Source: an uncultured Candidatus Saccharibacteria bacterium
GTDB lineage: Bacteria; Patescibacteriota; Minisyncoccia; Phycocordibacterales; UBA9973
Length of the DNA stretch: 64,000 bases
Assembly (NCBI GenBank): GCA_964423445.1
Contig: CAYREQ010000002.1
Span: forward strand, 60,641 to 124,640
Direction: 5' to 3'
The notes under the pieces were generated by a model. The model made no database searches and was not told the origin of the DNA. It saw nothing but the letters and a program-made list of their open reading frames with translations. The position numbers and the translations under genes are program-made. Shown piece after piece: positions 30,454 through 40,700 of the stretch. Each line of letters opens with the position of its first letter. Within the stretch, counting starts at the first letter, position 1.

Positions 30454-30480
30454 GACGAACGGCACAGTCCTTTTATTACA
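30454..30480 (-). promoter_or_regulatory. Candidate ECF-type autoregulatory promoter
   Basis: TGTAAT-N17-CGTC ending 7 nt before the sigma gene ATG. Confidence 0.5.
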
Positions 30481-30563
30481 GTATATCACTTTTATCTATT
30501 TATTCCCTCAAAAAGATAAAAAGAGCTTGAAACTATGGTTGTAAAAGAGTAAAATTAATACAT

Positions 30564-31115
30564 ATGGATAATTTAAAATTTACGTTGACCGTAATAATTT
30601 GTGCAATACTAATCGGTCTTGGAGGTTATTGGGCTTTTACTTCTATGCAATCTAGTAGTGAGTATGTAAATAATAAAAAAATTGAAAAACTTGAAACTGA
30701 AAATGAAGATTTAAAACAACAAATAGAAAAATTAAACACACAGCTTAGCACCTCGGTGGCTAAAGTAGAGCAAAAACCCACAGAAGCTCCAGCTCCACAG
30801 CCAGAAAAACCAGCCACGACTGTAAAGAAACCTACAACTACAACATACAAAAATCAAACTCTTATAAATGAATTACAAAAGCTCGCAGACAAAGGTGTCG
30901 TGCTTGAGCAAGGTGGAGCAGGTCCGAGTGTAGGAACTGTGCAAAAATTTCTAAATGTTTACAATAAAACTTCAAATAAAATTGATAACGACTATGGAGC
31001 TACGACAAAAACAAAAGTAATAGCTTTTCAAAAAGCTCAGGGCCTCTCGGCTGATGGTGGCGCAGGCAAGTCGACATTTTTAAAGATGATATCTTGGCTA
31101 AAGAAACAAGGTTAG
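30564..31115 (+). CDS. Peptidoglycan-binding domain protein with TM anchor and coiled coil
   Basis: VGTVQKFLN...DNDYGATTKTKVIAFQKAQGLSADGGAGKST. Confidence 0.85.
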   Translation: MDNLKFTLTVIICAILIGLGGYWAFTSMQSSSEYVNNKKIEKLETENEDLKQQIEKLNTQLSTSVAKVEQKPTEAPAPQPEKPATTVKKPTTTTYKNQTLINELQKLADKGVVLEQGGAGPSVGTVQKFLNVYNKTSNKIDNDYGATTKTKVIAFQKAQGLSADGGAGKSTFLKMISWLKKQG

Positions 31116-31181
31116 TTATCTTGAGTTTATAAAGGTCGTATCAAGATATTTTATAAATATTTTTATACATTAAAATAATAT

Positions 31182-31601
31182 ATGAAAAAAGAAAAAATTG
31201 TTTACACTTTACTTCGTTACTCGATGAGTTTTATATTTCTCTGGGCATTTCTTGATAAGACTTTTGGTTTAGGTTTTGCTACCAAAGCCGAAAATGCTTG
31301 GATACACGGAGGATCTCCTACAGCTGGATTTTTATCTTTTGCAGTGAAAGGTCCTTTTGCAGAAATATTTCACAGCCTAGCAGGTTTGGTTTGGGTAGAT
31401 TGGATGTTTATGCTAGGGCTCTTGTTTATTGGAGTGACTTTACTACTAAATAAATATGTAAAATGGGGGTGCTTGGCTGGTGTCATCATGATGGCACTGA
31501 TGTATCTATCTCTTATGTTGCCTGAAAACAACCCTTTAATCGATGACCACATTATAAACATGTTGGTATTAGCTCTACTTGCTTTTAGGACTAGAGATTA
31601 G
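31182..31601 (+). CDS. DoxX/DoxD-family membrane protein
   Basis: LRYSMSFIFLWAFLDKTFGLG...GGSPTAGFL...NNPLIDDH. Confidence 0.8.
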   Translation: MKKEKIVYTLLRYSMSFIFLWAFLDKTFGLGFATKAENAWIHGGSPTAGFLSFAVKGPFAEIFHSLAGLVWVDWMFMLGLLFIGVTLLLNKYVKWGCLAGVIMMALMYLSLMLPENNPLIDDHIINMLVLALLAFRTRD

Positions 31602-31684
31602 ATAGGTTGAATTTTGTACTTTTTTAGAGTATAATATAGACTAATTTATCAATAATAAACATACGCATAAAGCGAAAAAAGTAT

Positions 31685-31813
31685 ATGGCAAAAAGAAGTA
31701 CAACACTTAGTCCAAAGAAAAAATCTAGACGTTCACACAAGACTAAGAAGAGATTAGAAGTAAAGAAGACTATGCTCGCTGCAAAGTCTAAGGGGAAAAA
31801 GAGAAGAGCTTAA
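31685..31813 (+). CDS. 42-aa highly basic protein (absent from the ORF track)
   Basis: MAKRSTTLSPKKKSRRSHKTKKRLEVKKTMLAAKSKGKKRRA; TTGAAT-N17-TATAAT promoter at 31607-31635. Confidence 0.7.
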   Translation: MAKRSTTLSPKKKSRRSHKTKKRLEVKKTMLAAKSKGKKRRA

Positions 31814-31824
31814 GAATTAAAATT

Positions 31825-32505
31825 ATGAATACAGAAAATATAAAAGTTTTTGGAAAATTAGGAGTAGCTATAGGATTACTAGTTTTTTCTCTTGTCTTCT
31901 TTGTGTCTGCACAAAATTTTTCTAAACAAGGAGCATATGTAGAAGTAAAAGGATTGTCAGAAAAAATAGTAAAAGCTGACGTAGCTATATGGTCTATGAA
32001 TTTTGAAGTTAAATCAAATGACATAGATTCTCTTTACGCTAATATCGATAAAAACACTAAAGCAGTAAAAGCTTTCTTGGTGGCAAAAGGTTTTGAAGAA
32101 GCAGAGATAAACGTAGCACCAGTGAATATTTATCAAGATACATACTCTGGCTCATTGTTTAGATATAATTCTGGCACACAGCTTTCTGTATATACAAAAA
32201 AAGTTGATCTAGTAAAGACTGCATCAAAAGACACACTTGCTTTGGTAAAAGAAGGAGTGACATTAAACCAAAATTCTATTGAATTTCAGTTTTCAGATAT
32301 AAATAGTGTAAAGCCAGAAATGCTAGCTGAGGCAATAAAAAATGCAAAAGTTACCGCAAAGCAATTTGCAGATGAGTCTGGTTCAAAATTAGGCTCTATC
32401 TCTAGGGGAAATCAAGGAGTATTTGATATTACTGAAAAAGATCCAGGTTCTCCTGAATTTAAAAAGATTCGTGTAGTATCTAGTCTCAGATTTTTGTTGA
32501 AATAG
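31825..32505 (+). CDS. SIMPL (DUF541) domain protein
   Basis: VEVKGLSEKIVKADVAIW, KPEMLAEAIKNAK, ANQG-like GNQGVF, KKIRVVS. Confidence 0.85.
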   Translation: MNTENIKVFGKLGVAIGLLVFSLVFFVSAQNFSKQGAYVEVKGLSEKIVKADVAIWSMNFEVKSNDIDSLYANIDKNTKAVKAFLVAKGFEEAEINVAPVNIYQDTYSGSLFRYNSGTQLSVYTKKVDLVKTASKDTLALVKEGVTLNQNSIEFQFSDINSVKPEMLAEAIKNAKVTAKQFADESGSKLGSISRGNQGVFDITEKDPGSPEFKKIRVVSSLRFLLK

Positions 32506-33093
32506 TTATTTCAAATCTCTAGTAGAATATTTGTTTAGCATTAGATATATAAAAAATATTATAGCTAGAGTTATAAATACATAAGAAATACCATCTAGAT
32601 AAGAATCTATCTTTAGATATGAATTCCCAAGATAAAATCCTATCAAGAACAATAGTAGAGTTTTTGGGATAGTTCCTATCATTTCAACAAGGAAATATTT
32701 CCAAAATTTTACTTCGGCTATACCTGCAGTCACTTGTATGATTGCTCCGATTCCATGAGAGATTTTACCTATCAATAGTGTTTTTACGGTGTGTTTTTTA
32801 AAGTGAGTTTTTAATTTATCGTTATTTGCTTCTTTGTATCCTAAAAATAATCCGATTTTTCTAATCCAGTTGAATTTTCCAGCATATCTACCTATAGCGT
32901 AATACATAGAATCACCTATAAGATCACCAAGTACAAGCATCGGGAAAATAATAAAAACATTTAAAAATCCCAAGTATGCCAGAAAGCCAGATAGGATTAT
33001 AATAATTGGACCTTCAAAAATAGTAATTGGGAAAATGACCAAATATTTATATTTTTCTAATATAATAAAAAGATCCGGTAAGGATATAAACAT
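32506..33093 (-). CDS. DedA/VTT family membrane protein
   Basis: FEGP, GDLIGDSMYYAIGR, multiple TM helices. Confidence 0.85.
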   Translation of the reverse strand: MFISLPDLFIILEKYKYLVIFPITIFEGPIIIILSGFLAYLGFLNVFIIFPMLVLGDLIGDSMYYAIGRYAGKFNWIRKIGLFLGYKEANNDKLKTHFKKHTVKTLLIGKISHGIGAIIQVTAGIAEVKFWKYFLVEMIGTIPKTLLLFLIGFYLGNSYLKIDSYLDGISYVFITLAIIFFIYLMLNKYSTRDLK

Positions 33094-33123
33094 TATAAAG
33101 AGTATATGGTATAATTAAAGTAT

Positions 33124-33522
33124 ATGCAAATAAATCTACAAGGTAAAAATATAGAATTAACAGAAGCTATCAAGGACCACGTATTAAAACGGGTTACAAA
33201 CTTGGAAAAATTGCTTTCTGGCATTGAAGAAAAAGGTGGAAATGTAAATGTAAATTTTGATGTTGGAAAAAGTACACAGCACCACAAAAGTGGAGATGTA
33301 TTTCATGCAGACTGCCTCGTAAATATAGGTGGCAAGGAATTTTATTCTAGTGCTGACGAAGAAGATCTATATATAGCTATAGATAAAGTAAAAGAGAGCC
33401 TATTTAGAGAAATAAATAAGAATAAGGACAGAAAACAGACATTATTTAAGAGGGGAGCTGTGAGTGTAAAAAAAATGATGAAAGGCCTATCAAAGAGGAA
33501 TCCTTTTACTTCTAAATACTAA
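33124..33522 (+). CDS. hpf: Ribosome hibernation factor (HPF/RaiA family)
   Basis: MQINLQGKNIELTEAIKDHV, EDLYIAID. Confidence 0.9.
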   Translation: MQINLQGKNIELTEAIKDHVLKRVTNLEKLLSGIEEKGGNVNVNFDVGKSTQHHKSGDVFHADCLVNIGGKEFYSSADEEDLYIAIDKVKESLFREINKNKDRKQTLFKRGAVSVKKMMKGLSKRNPFTSKY

Positions 33523-34351
33523 TTTTATAGTCTATTTCTTTTCCACCTTCAGGTATTATTTTTTCTATGACAAATTTGTCATCTTCTAGTTTGGCTTTGG
33601 TCACTATAATTCTCTTGCCATCTTTAAAAAAGAAAGTTCTAGGCCAAGCATGATATGCTCGGAATTTTCTCCAATTTTTTAAAGCATCATCTGATAGGTT
33701 AATTTCTCCATCAGCCTTAGTCATTTTTTTTACATATGTGGCTTTGTCGTGACCTTGTTCTTTTAACTCTAAATTTCCAGCCGCATACTTTTCTAAAGTT
33801 TTTACCAAAAGCTCCCCACCCAAGTCTGCTAAGATTTTTTCTAAATCTTCAATATATTCATCACCACGCAAACTTACTTTTTCTTGGTTAAGTATTGGTC
33901 CGTGGTCCATATCTTCATCTATTTTTATTATAGTTACTCCAGTCTCTATATCGCCGTTTAATATAGGAGCGACTATTGGAGCTGGCCCGCGATATATAGG
34001 AAGGAGAGAAGGATGTAAGTTTATCAGGCCAAGCTCTGTAAAATTTACAATTTCTTTAGGTATTATTTTTCCATAAGCTACGACTAATCCAAAATCACAA
34101 TTGTATGACTTTAGCTCTTCAATAAAAATACTATCCAATTTTTCTGGTTGAATAGTAGGTATATTGTTTTTTATTGCCCATATTTTTGTCGGAGGAGGAG
34201 TAATTTCTAGGTTCCTTCCAGATGGCTTGTCTGGGTTGCACACTATTACTTTCGGTAATATGCCATTTATATATAATTTTTCTAAGACAGGGACAGACAG
34301 AGGCTCTCCACCAAAAAACACAAAGTTTAGTTTTTTATCATTATTCTGCAT
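33512..34351 (-). CDS. fmt: Methionyl-tRNA formyltransferase
   Basis: PDKPSGR, VVAYGKII, NLHPSLLPIYRGPAPI, MDHGPI. Confidence 0.95.
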   Translation of the reverse strand: MQNNDKKLNFVFFGGEPLSVPVLEKLYINGILPKVIVCNPDKPSGRNLEITPPPTKIWAIKNNIPTIQPEKLDSIFIEELKSYNCDFGLVVAYGKIIPKEIVNFTELGLINLHPSLLPIYRGPAPIVAPILNGDIETGVTIIKIDEDMDHGPILNQEKVSLRGDEYIEDLEKILADLGGELLVKTLEKYAAGNLELKEQGHDKATYVKKMTKADGEINLSDDALKNWRKFRAYHAWPRTFFFKDGKRIIVTKAKLEDDKFVIEKIIPEGGKEIDYKISI

Positions 34352-34882
34352 TTATTTTGGAATTTCTTCTCGCAATTCTTTTGCGTGGTCTATAAAGAGT
34401 ATGCCGTTTAGGTGGTCTGTCTCGTGTTGGAATATTTGAGCTAGTAGGCCAGATCCTCCACGAGTAAATTTCTTTCCGTCTTCGTCATAAGCAGTGACTG
34501 TAGCTTTTTTAGATCGCAATGTCCTGCCATAGAGCCAGCGCACAGATAAGCAACCTTCAGGCACCCATTCTTTATCTCTGGAGAGTTTAGAAATTTTTGG
34601 GTTTATAAAGACCAAGTCTTTACCTTTCTGCTCTTTTATTTCACTGTCAGTAGGAGTCTTTTTGCCAAAATCTTTTGAAAAAATTTTTCCTGATACTACA
34701 AAGATTCTCAAAGAATATCCTATCTGTGGAGCAGCTATAGCCACACCATCATCTTGCTCTGCTAAAGAGGCAGACATTTCTTTTAGTATTCTTTTTATCT
34801 TAATTTTTTTTATATCAGAAATAGGCACCTCTTTGGCTACTTGGTGTAAAACCTTTTCTTTTTGTTGAAGAATTTTCTTCAT
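34352..34882 (-). CDS. def: Peptide deformylase
   Basis: GVAIAAPQIG, EGCLSV, QHETDHLNG. Confidence 0.97.
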   Translation of the reverse strand: MKKILQQKEKVLHQVAKEVPISDIKKIKIKRILKEMSASLAEQDDGVAIAAPQIGYSLRIFVVSGKIFSKDFGKKTPTDSEIKEQKGKDLVFINPKISKLSRDKEWVPEGCLSVRWLYGRTLRSKKATVTAYDEDGKKFTRGGSGLLAQIFQHETDHLNGILFIDHAKELREEIPK

Positions 34883-34890
34883 ATTTTTTT

Positions 34891-36201
34891 CTAGAGTTCT
34901 TTTAAATATTCCAAAAGCTTGGTCAATTTTACTGTGTCTTGAGATCTATTTGCCATATTTCTCACAATAACTGAATTTTCCAAGGCTTCTTTTACTCCGA
35001 AAATCAGTGCATAGGGAATACCTAATTTTTCTGCAATTGCCAATTGAGATCCTAGTGAATCCTTGGACAGTGCTTGAGCTATAGGCACATGAGCTTTTCG
35101 CAAAATCTCTATGATGTTTAAGCTTTTTAGTTTTGCTTCAGAGCCGAGCTGGATAAAGTATATTTTTGGCTTTTTGATTATGCGAGGTGAAAGTTTTTTA
35201 TACCAAGGTGATTCTACAATTCTGTCCACTCCTATAGAAAAACCTACAGCTGGCACATCTTTTTTACCACCAATTTGTTTTGCTAAATAATCATATCTAC
35301 CACCTGAAGCAATTTGCACATCTATTTCTTGTCCTTCTTCATTTTTTGTTTTTGTATACACTTCAAATACAGTACGAGTGTAGTAAGAAAGTCCACGTAC
35401 CAAATTTTTATTTAGATTGTATTGTATACCCATTTCTTCTAAATACTCCAAGACTTCTTTAAAGTGTTTTTTACAAGAAGGGCAGAGGAATGATATAGAA
35501 TCTGGAGCACGCTCATTTATCTCTTTAGTCTTTTCTTCTTTTGAGTCCAGTATACGTAGTGGGTTTGTCTTTAGACGTTCTCTGTCTATCGGTGCGAGTC
35601 CGCTCAAATTTTTCTTGTAATAATTTGTTAGCTCTTTCATATACGCTCCTCGGCATTCTTTATCTCCAATAGAGTTTATGTCTATAGATATATTGTCTGC
35701 CCCAGCTTCCTCTAAGATAGTCATACCAGTCTTTATTACGAGTGCATCCATGATACTTTTTTCATTACCTAGTGAATCCAAATCAAATTGCCAAAATTGT
35801 CTGTAGCGTCCTCTTTGTGGCTTGTCATGTCTAAACACAGGACCGTACTGGTAAAACATTACTGGCTGAGGCATATTTTGCATACCTTGCTCTATATATG
35901 CACGCATTAGAGGAGCTGTGTGTTCTGGGCGTAGTGCTAGATGATCTCCACCTTTTGTTTTTAAGGTGTACATCTCTTTGTCTATAATATCTGTACCCTC
36001 GCCGATACTAGTAGTAAAAATTTCTTCGTGCTCAAGTAGGGGAGTATCTATCGGTTTAAAACCATAATATACAGCTATCTCTTGAGCTTTTTCAAAAAAT
36101 CCTTGGAAGTGATAAAAAGATTCATTCATGATATCTCTCATTCCTTTCGGTGAAGCTATCTCTTTATTTTTATTTTTTGAAACCTTAGTACTTTTTTTCA
36201 T
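34891..36201 (-). CDS. hisS: Histidyl-tRNA synthetase
   Basis: LRPEHTA, PQRGRYRQFWQ, LVRGLSYYT, GGRYDYL. Confidence 0.97.
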   Translation of the reverse strand: MKKSTKVSKNKNKEIASPKGMRDIMNESFYHFQGFFEKAQEIAVYYGFKPIDTPLLEHEEIFTTSIGEGTDIIDKEMYTLKTKGGDHLALRPEHTAPLMRAYIEQGMQNMPQPVMFYQYGPVFRHDKPQRGRYRQFWQFDLDSLGNEKSIMDALVIKTGMTILEEAGADNISIDINSIGDKECRGAYMKELTNYYKKNLSGLAPIDRERLKTNPLRILDSKEEKTKEINERAPDSISFLCPSCKKHFKEVLEYLEEMGIQYNLNKNLVRGLSYYTRTVFEVYTKTKNEEGQEIDVQIASGGRYDYLAKQIGGKKDVPAVGFSIGVDRIVESPWYKKLSPRIIKKPKIYFIQLGSEAKLKSLNIIEILRKAHVPIAQALSKDSLGSQLAIAEKLGIPYALIFGVKEALENSVIVRNMANRSQDTVKLTKLLEYLKEL

Positions 36202-36211
36202 AATTTTATTT

Positions 36212-36781
36212 TTATTGTCTATATTGACCAGGTAATAAATCTATACTTGTAATAGGCATCAAGCGCACCAGAGCTTTACCAGTCAAAAGGTCTCTTTTCA
36301 CTGCTCCCCAGTATCTAGAATCAGAGCTCGCATTTCTATTGTCTCCCATGACAAAATATTCATCATCTTTTAATTCAAAATGGCTTTCAGTGCTAGAAAT
36401 ATTTTTAATGTAAGGTTCATTTAGAGTAAAACCATCAGGGTTTGCGGAATTTTTTATGGTGACTACACCATCTTTTATATCTACTGTTTCATTTGGTAGA
36501 CCAATTACTCTCTTTATAAAGTATTTTGTTTGGTCATTTGGATACTTAAAGATTACTACATCATCTCTTTGTGGGTCACTCAATTTATAAGATATTTTAT
36601 CTACTATTAAATAATCTCCATTGTCAAAAGTCGGAAACATAGAGCTTCCTGATACGACAAATGGCTCGACAGCAAACATCCTTATTGGCACAACTATTAT
36701 TAATGCGATGATAGCAAAACGTCCTAGCTCTAAAACTGTCTGCCAAAACGTCTTTTTTTGGTTTATTTCTTGTTCCATCAT
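36212..36781 (-). CDS. lepB: Signal peptidase I
   Basis: SGSSMFPT, IKRVIGLP, MGDNRNASSDSRYWG. Confidence 0.96.
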   Translation of the reverse strand: MMEQEINQKKTFWQTVLELGRFAIIALIIVVPIRMFAVEPFVVSGSSMFPTFDNGDYLIVDKISYKLSDPQRDDVVIFKYPNDQTKYFIKRVIGLPNETVDIKDGVVTIKNSANPDGFTLNEPYIKNISSTESHFELKDDEYFVMGDNRNASSDSRYWGAVKRDLLTGKALVRLMPITSIDLLPGQYRQ

Positions 36782-36884
36782 GTAATAATAGCATAATATT
36801 ATCTTGACATAGTGGCATAATCTGTTTTTTAATTTTACTTATTTTAATTTGCCTGATAGTCGTATGTAGTGTTATTATTAAACC

Positions 36885-37412
36885 ATGAAAATTTTAGCTG
36901 GGCTCGGTAATCCTGGAGAAGAATATGAAAATACAAGGCATAATGCTGGACGTATCTTAGTGTCTATTTTGGAGAAAAAAATGGAAGATACAAATATAAA
37001 GTTTATCAAACCAGATACTTTTATGAATAATTCTGGCAAGGTCATAGCACCTCTCATAAAGACACAAAAAGATTTGAAAAACCTAATAGTCGTTTATGAT
37101 GATATAGATTTACCTATAGGAAAAATCAAAATATCTTTTGATAAAAGCTCTGGAGGCCACAATGGTATCGAATCTATAATAAAAAAATTAAAATCTAGAG
37201 AGTTTGTGCGCATAAGGGTGGGCATAGCACCTCGTACTCCATCAGGTAAAATACGAAAACCAAAAGGCGAGAAAGCAGTACTGAATTTTTTGCTTGGTGA
37301 ATTTAAGAAAAGTGAATTAGATATCCTCAAAAAGCTTTCAAAAAAAGTAGGCGATATAGTGGAGATGGTCTTTGACGAAGGGAAAGACAAAGCTATGAGT
37401 GTATATAACTAG
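36885..37412 (+). CDS. pth: Peptidyl-tRNA hydrolase
   Basis: GLGNPG..YENTRHNAG, KPDTFMNNSG, GGHNG. Confidence 0.95.
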   Translation: MKILAGLGNPGEEYENTRHNAGRILVSILEKKMEDTNIKFIKPDTFMNNSGKVIAPLIKTQKDLKNLIVVYDDIDLPIGKIKISFDKSSGGHNGIESIIKKLKSREFVRIRVGIAPRTPSGKIRKPKGEKAVLNFLLGEFKKSELDILKKLSKKVGDIVEMVFDEGKDKAMSVYN

Positions 37413-37690
37413 ATTTTATTTCTTATTCTAACAGCTTCTCTTACAGCATCTATAAATTTTTGTTCCTCTATAGTGGGTGTACTTTTTTTATCTCTTATAA
37501 ATTTTTGTAATTCAGAAGATATAAAAATAGAATTATTTATGTCATCTGAGTTATAAGCTGCCCAGCCACCTTTTAGAATCATATCTCTTATGTTTGCATG
37601 AAGCTCTTCTTTTGGTCCCTCTACCTTTATATTATTTTCTTTCAAAAATTTCTCTATAGCATTTTTGCCGAAGTTTTCATTTCCTTCCAT
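37409..37690 (-). CDS. Hypothetical protein
   Basis: 93-aa ATG-initiated ORF co-oriented downstream of dnaE. Confidence 0.6.
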   Translation of the reverse strand: MEGNENFGKNAIEKFLKENNIKVEGPKEELHANIRDMILKGGWAAYNSDDINNSIFISSELQKFIRDKKSTPTIEEQKFIDAVREAVRIRNKI

Positions 37691-37714
37691 ATTTTTTATA
37701 GATTTATTGATAAA

Positions 37715-40700
37715 TTATATTTCTTTAAGTGCTTCTATTATAATACTTTTTTCTCCATTTCGGTTAGATATTTTACCCGAGAAAGCTATGCATTTTTCTG
37801 GCACCAATATATCTATATTGTCTTTAAAAAGAGAAGGGAAGACTACAGCTTCTATAGATTCACTCAGGTCTGCTATCTTTAGGAAAGCCATTCTCTCATT
37901 GTTTTTTGTTACTACTTGCCTAGAAGTCTCTATGATTCCAGCCAGTGTCACTGATATGCCGTTTCCCAGAGTACCTTCTTTGTCTTCTTTTATTTTTTTA
38001 ATATTTACCGTTCTCTTTTCGAGTTTATCGCGTAGTCTATCTAGTGGGTGTCCAGAAATATAAAGTCCGAGCAATTCTTTTTCCCATAATAATTTTTCTG
38101 CTTGAGTGGCGTCTTTTCCTGGTTGGAGCTTGAAAGATGGTACTTCAGTTTTTATATTTCCAAAAAGAGAAATTTGATTTTCATTTTGTTTAGAATTTTC
38201 ATGGTTGTATTCGAGCATGCTTTCTAGGTTTGATAAAAATACTCCACGGTCACCCCACTCATCCATACTACCTGATTTTATCAAAGCCTCCATAGATTTT
38301 TTATTTAAATTTTTATGTTTTATTCTGTCCAAGAAGTCACTTATAGATTTAAATTTACCATTTGTTTTTCTCTCAAAAATTATCGCATCAGAGATATCTG
38401 TACCTAGATTTTTTATAGTATAAAATCCAAATCTAATATTTTTACTTTTGTTATTTTCACTAATAGGTTCATCTAGATTTTCAGGCAAACATGTAAATCC
38501 TCCAAAGCTTTCATTTATATTTGGAGGCAATACTTGTATTTCCATATGCTTACACTCTTCGATTATTTCAGAAATTTTTTCTACGTCACCAGATTCGGCA
38601 GTGAGAATTGCTGTCATATATTCTACAGGGTAGTTTGCCTTCATATAGGCTGTCTGATAGGCGACTTTTCCATATGAAGCCGCGTGGGCTTTACCGAAAC
38701 CATATGCTTGGAAAGGCTCAAATAGCTTCCACATCTTTTCTGCAAAAGCTGGAGTTTGCCCATTTGAAATTATTCCTGCAGTAAATTTATCCCTCTGTGC
38801 AGCCATTTCTTTTGGAATTTTTTTACCGACAGCTTTACGGAATTTGTCTGCTTCTTCCCAGTTGTATCCTGCGAGCTCTATCGCAGATAAAAGTAGGTCG
38901 TCCTGATAAACTATCAACCCATAAGAATCACCCAAGTATTTTTTCATTCTGGGGTCCATATATTTTACTAGGCTTGGGTTGTGTTTACGTTTTATGTATT
39001 CTGGAATTGATTCCATCGGCCCTGGACGATACAATGCCACCATCGCATTGATATCGTGGATGGATGTCGGCTTCAATTCTTTTAAGTATCTAGTCATACC
39101 GCTACCATTTAATTGAAATAATCCTTCTGTCTGACCACTAGCCAAAAGTGAAAAAGTTTTTTTATCGTCTAGTGGTATACGCTCTATATCTATATCAACA
39201 TTGTAAAATTGCTTTACTAGACTGACAGCGTCCGCTAAGATAGCCAAATTTCTAATACCCAAAAAGTCGAATTTTAATAATCCAGCTTCTTCGATACTGT
39301 ACATGTCATATTGAGTGATTATTTTTCCACCCTTAGGGTCAAATTGTGTCGGAGTGAAGTCTGCTAATACCGAAGGAGCTATGACCACCCCAGCGGCATG
39401 AACAGAAACGTGACGCACACACCCTTCGAGTTTTTTAGCAATATCTATTATTTCTTTCGTATCTTTTTCTTTTGTGTACGCTTCTTTTAATTCAGGGACT
39501 ATCTCCATAGCATAGTCTATTGTCATCGGCATACCTTGAGATCCCATAGGAATCATTTTAGAAATTCTATCTCCGATGCTGTATGGGTGACCTAGTGCTC
39601 GTGCCACGTCTCGTACCGCACCACGAGCCATCATAGTTCCAAATGTTCCAATCTGTGCCACTTTATCTGCACCATATTTACTCTTTACGTATTCAATCAT
39701 TTCGTCTCGTCTATTATCAGCAAAGTCCATATCTATATCTGGTGCTGAAGGACGAAATGGATTTAAAAATCTCTCAAAGGGGATTTTGTATTCTATTGGA
39801 TTTACATTTGTTATTCCTATTAAATAAGTTACTAGTGATCCTGCGACTGACCCTCTGATTGTGGTCAAAATCCCATTTTCTTTAGCATGTCGTAATAGAT
39901 CACCCACCACTAGGAAGTAAGGGGAATAGCCTTTTTTTATTATTACACTTAACTCGTATTCTACGCGTTCTAGCATTTCAGGAGTTTCTTTTATGTTAAG
40001 ATTTTTAAATCCAGCATATGCGAGCTCGCGTAATTTTTGATCATAACTTTTACCTTTTTCAATTTCAAAATTTGGGAAAACCCAGTTTCCTAATTCTAGT
40101 TTTAGGTCACACATATCCGCCACCTTTACTGTATTTTCTACTGCTTCTGGTATGTCTTTAAAAAGTTCGTAAGCTTTTTTTGAATCAATAAAAGAATAGT
40201 CTCCATCACCAAAAGAAAATTTATTTTCATCTTTTATGTCAGAGTTTGTCTGGATTGATAATAGAGTATCATGAGCTTTTGCGTCTTCAGGATTGGGGTA
40301 ATGTGAGTCTATGGTAGCTACTAGTGGTATGTTGAATTTTTTTCCTAGATTTATTAATTCTTGTCGCACTTCTTTGCCACCTTGTATATCGCCATAATTT
40401 TGTATCTCTAAGAAATAATTATCTTTACCAAAAATTTCTTGGTATTCTTGAATTATTTTTTCTGCTTTTTCTAAGTTTCCTTGTGTGATACTTTGAGACA
40501 ATTCTCCACCAAGACAACCAGATAAGGCAATCACTCCATCGGAATATTTTCGTAGTATTTCTTTGTCCATCCTTGGCTTGTAGTAAAAGCCCTCAAGGTG
40601 TGAAATGGTGACTAGTTTTATTAAATTTTTATAGCCCTCTAAATTTTTTGCAAGTAAAGTCAGGTGGTAGTATCTTTTTCCTCCACCAGCTTCGGCTGTC

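Noticed and set aside
31768-31779. GACTATGCTCGC matching the left arm of the tgt element
   Set aside because: There is no GAGCAT partner arm and no GCAC-N24-TCTGT core, so it is probably a chance match.
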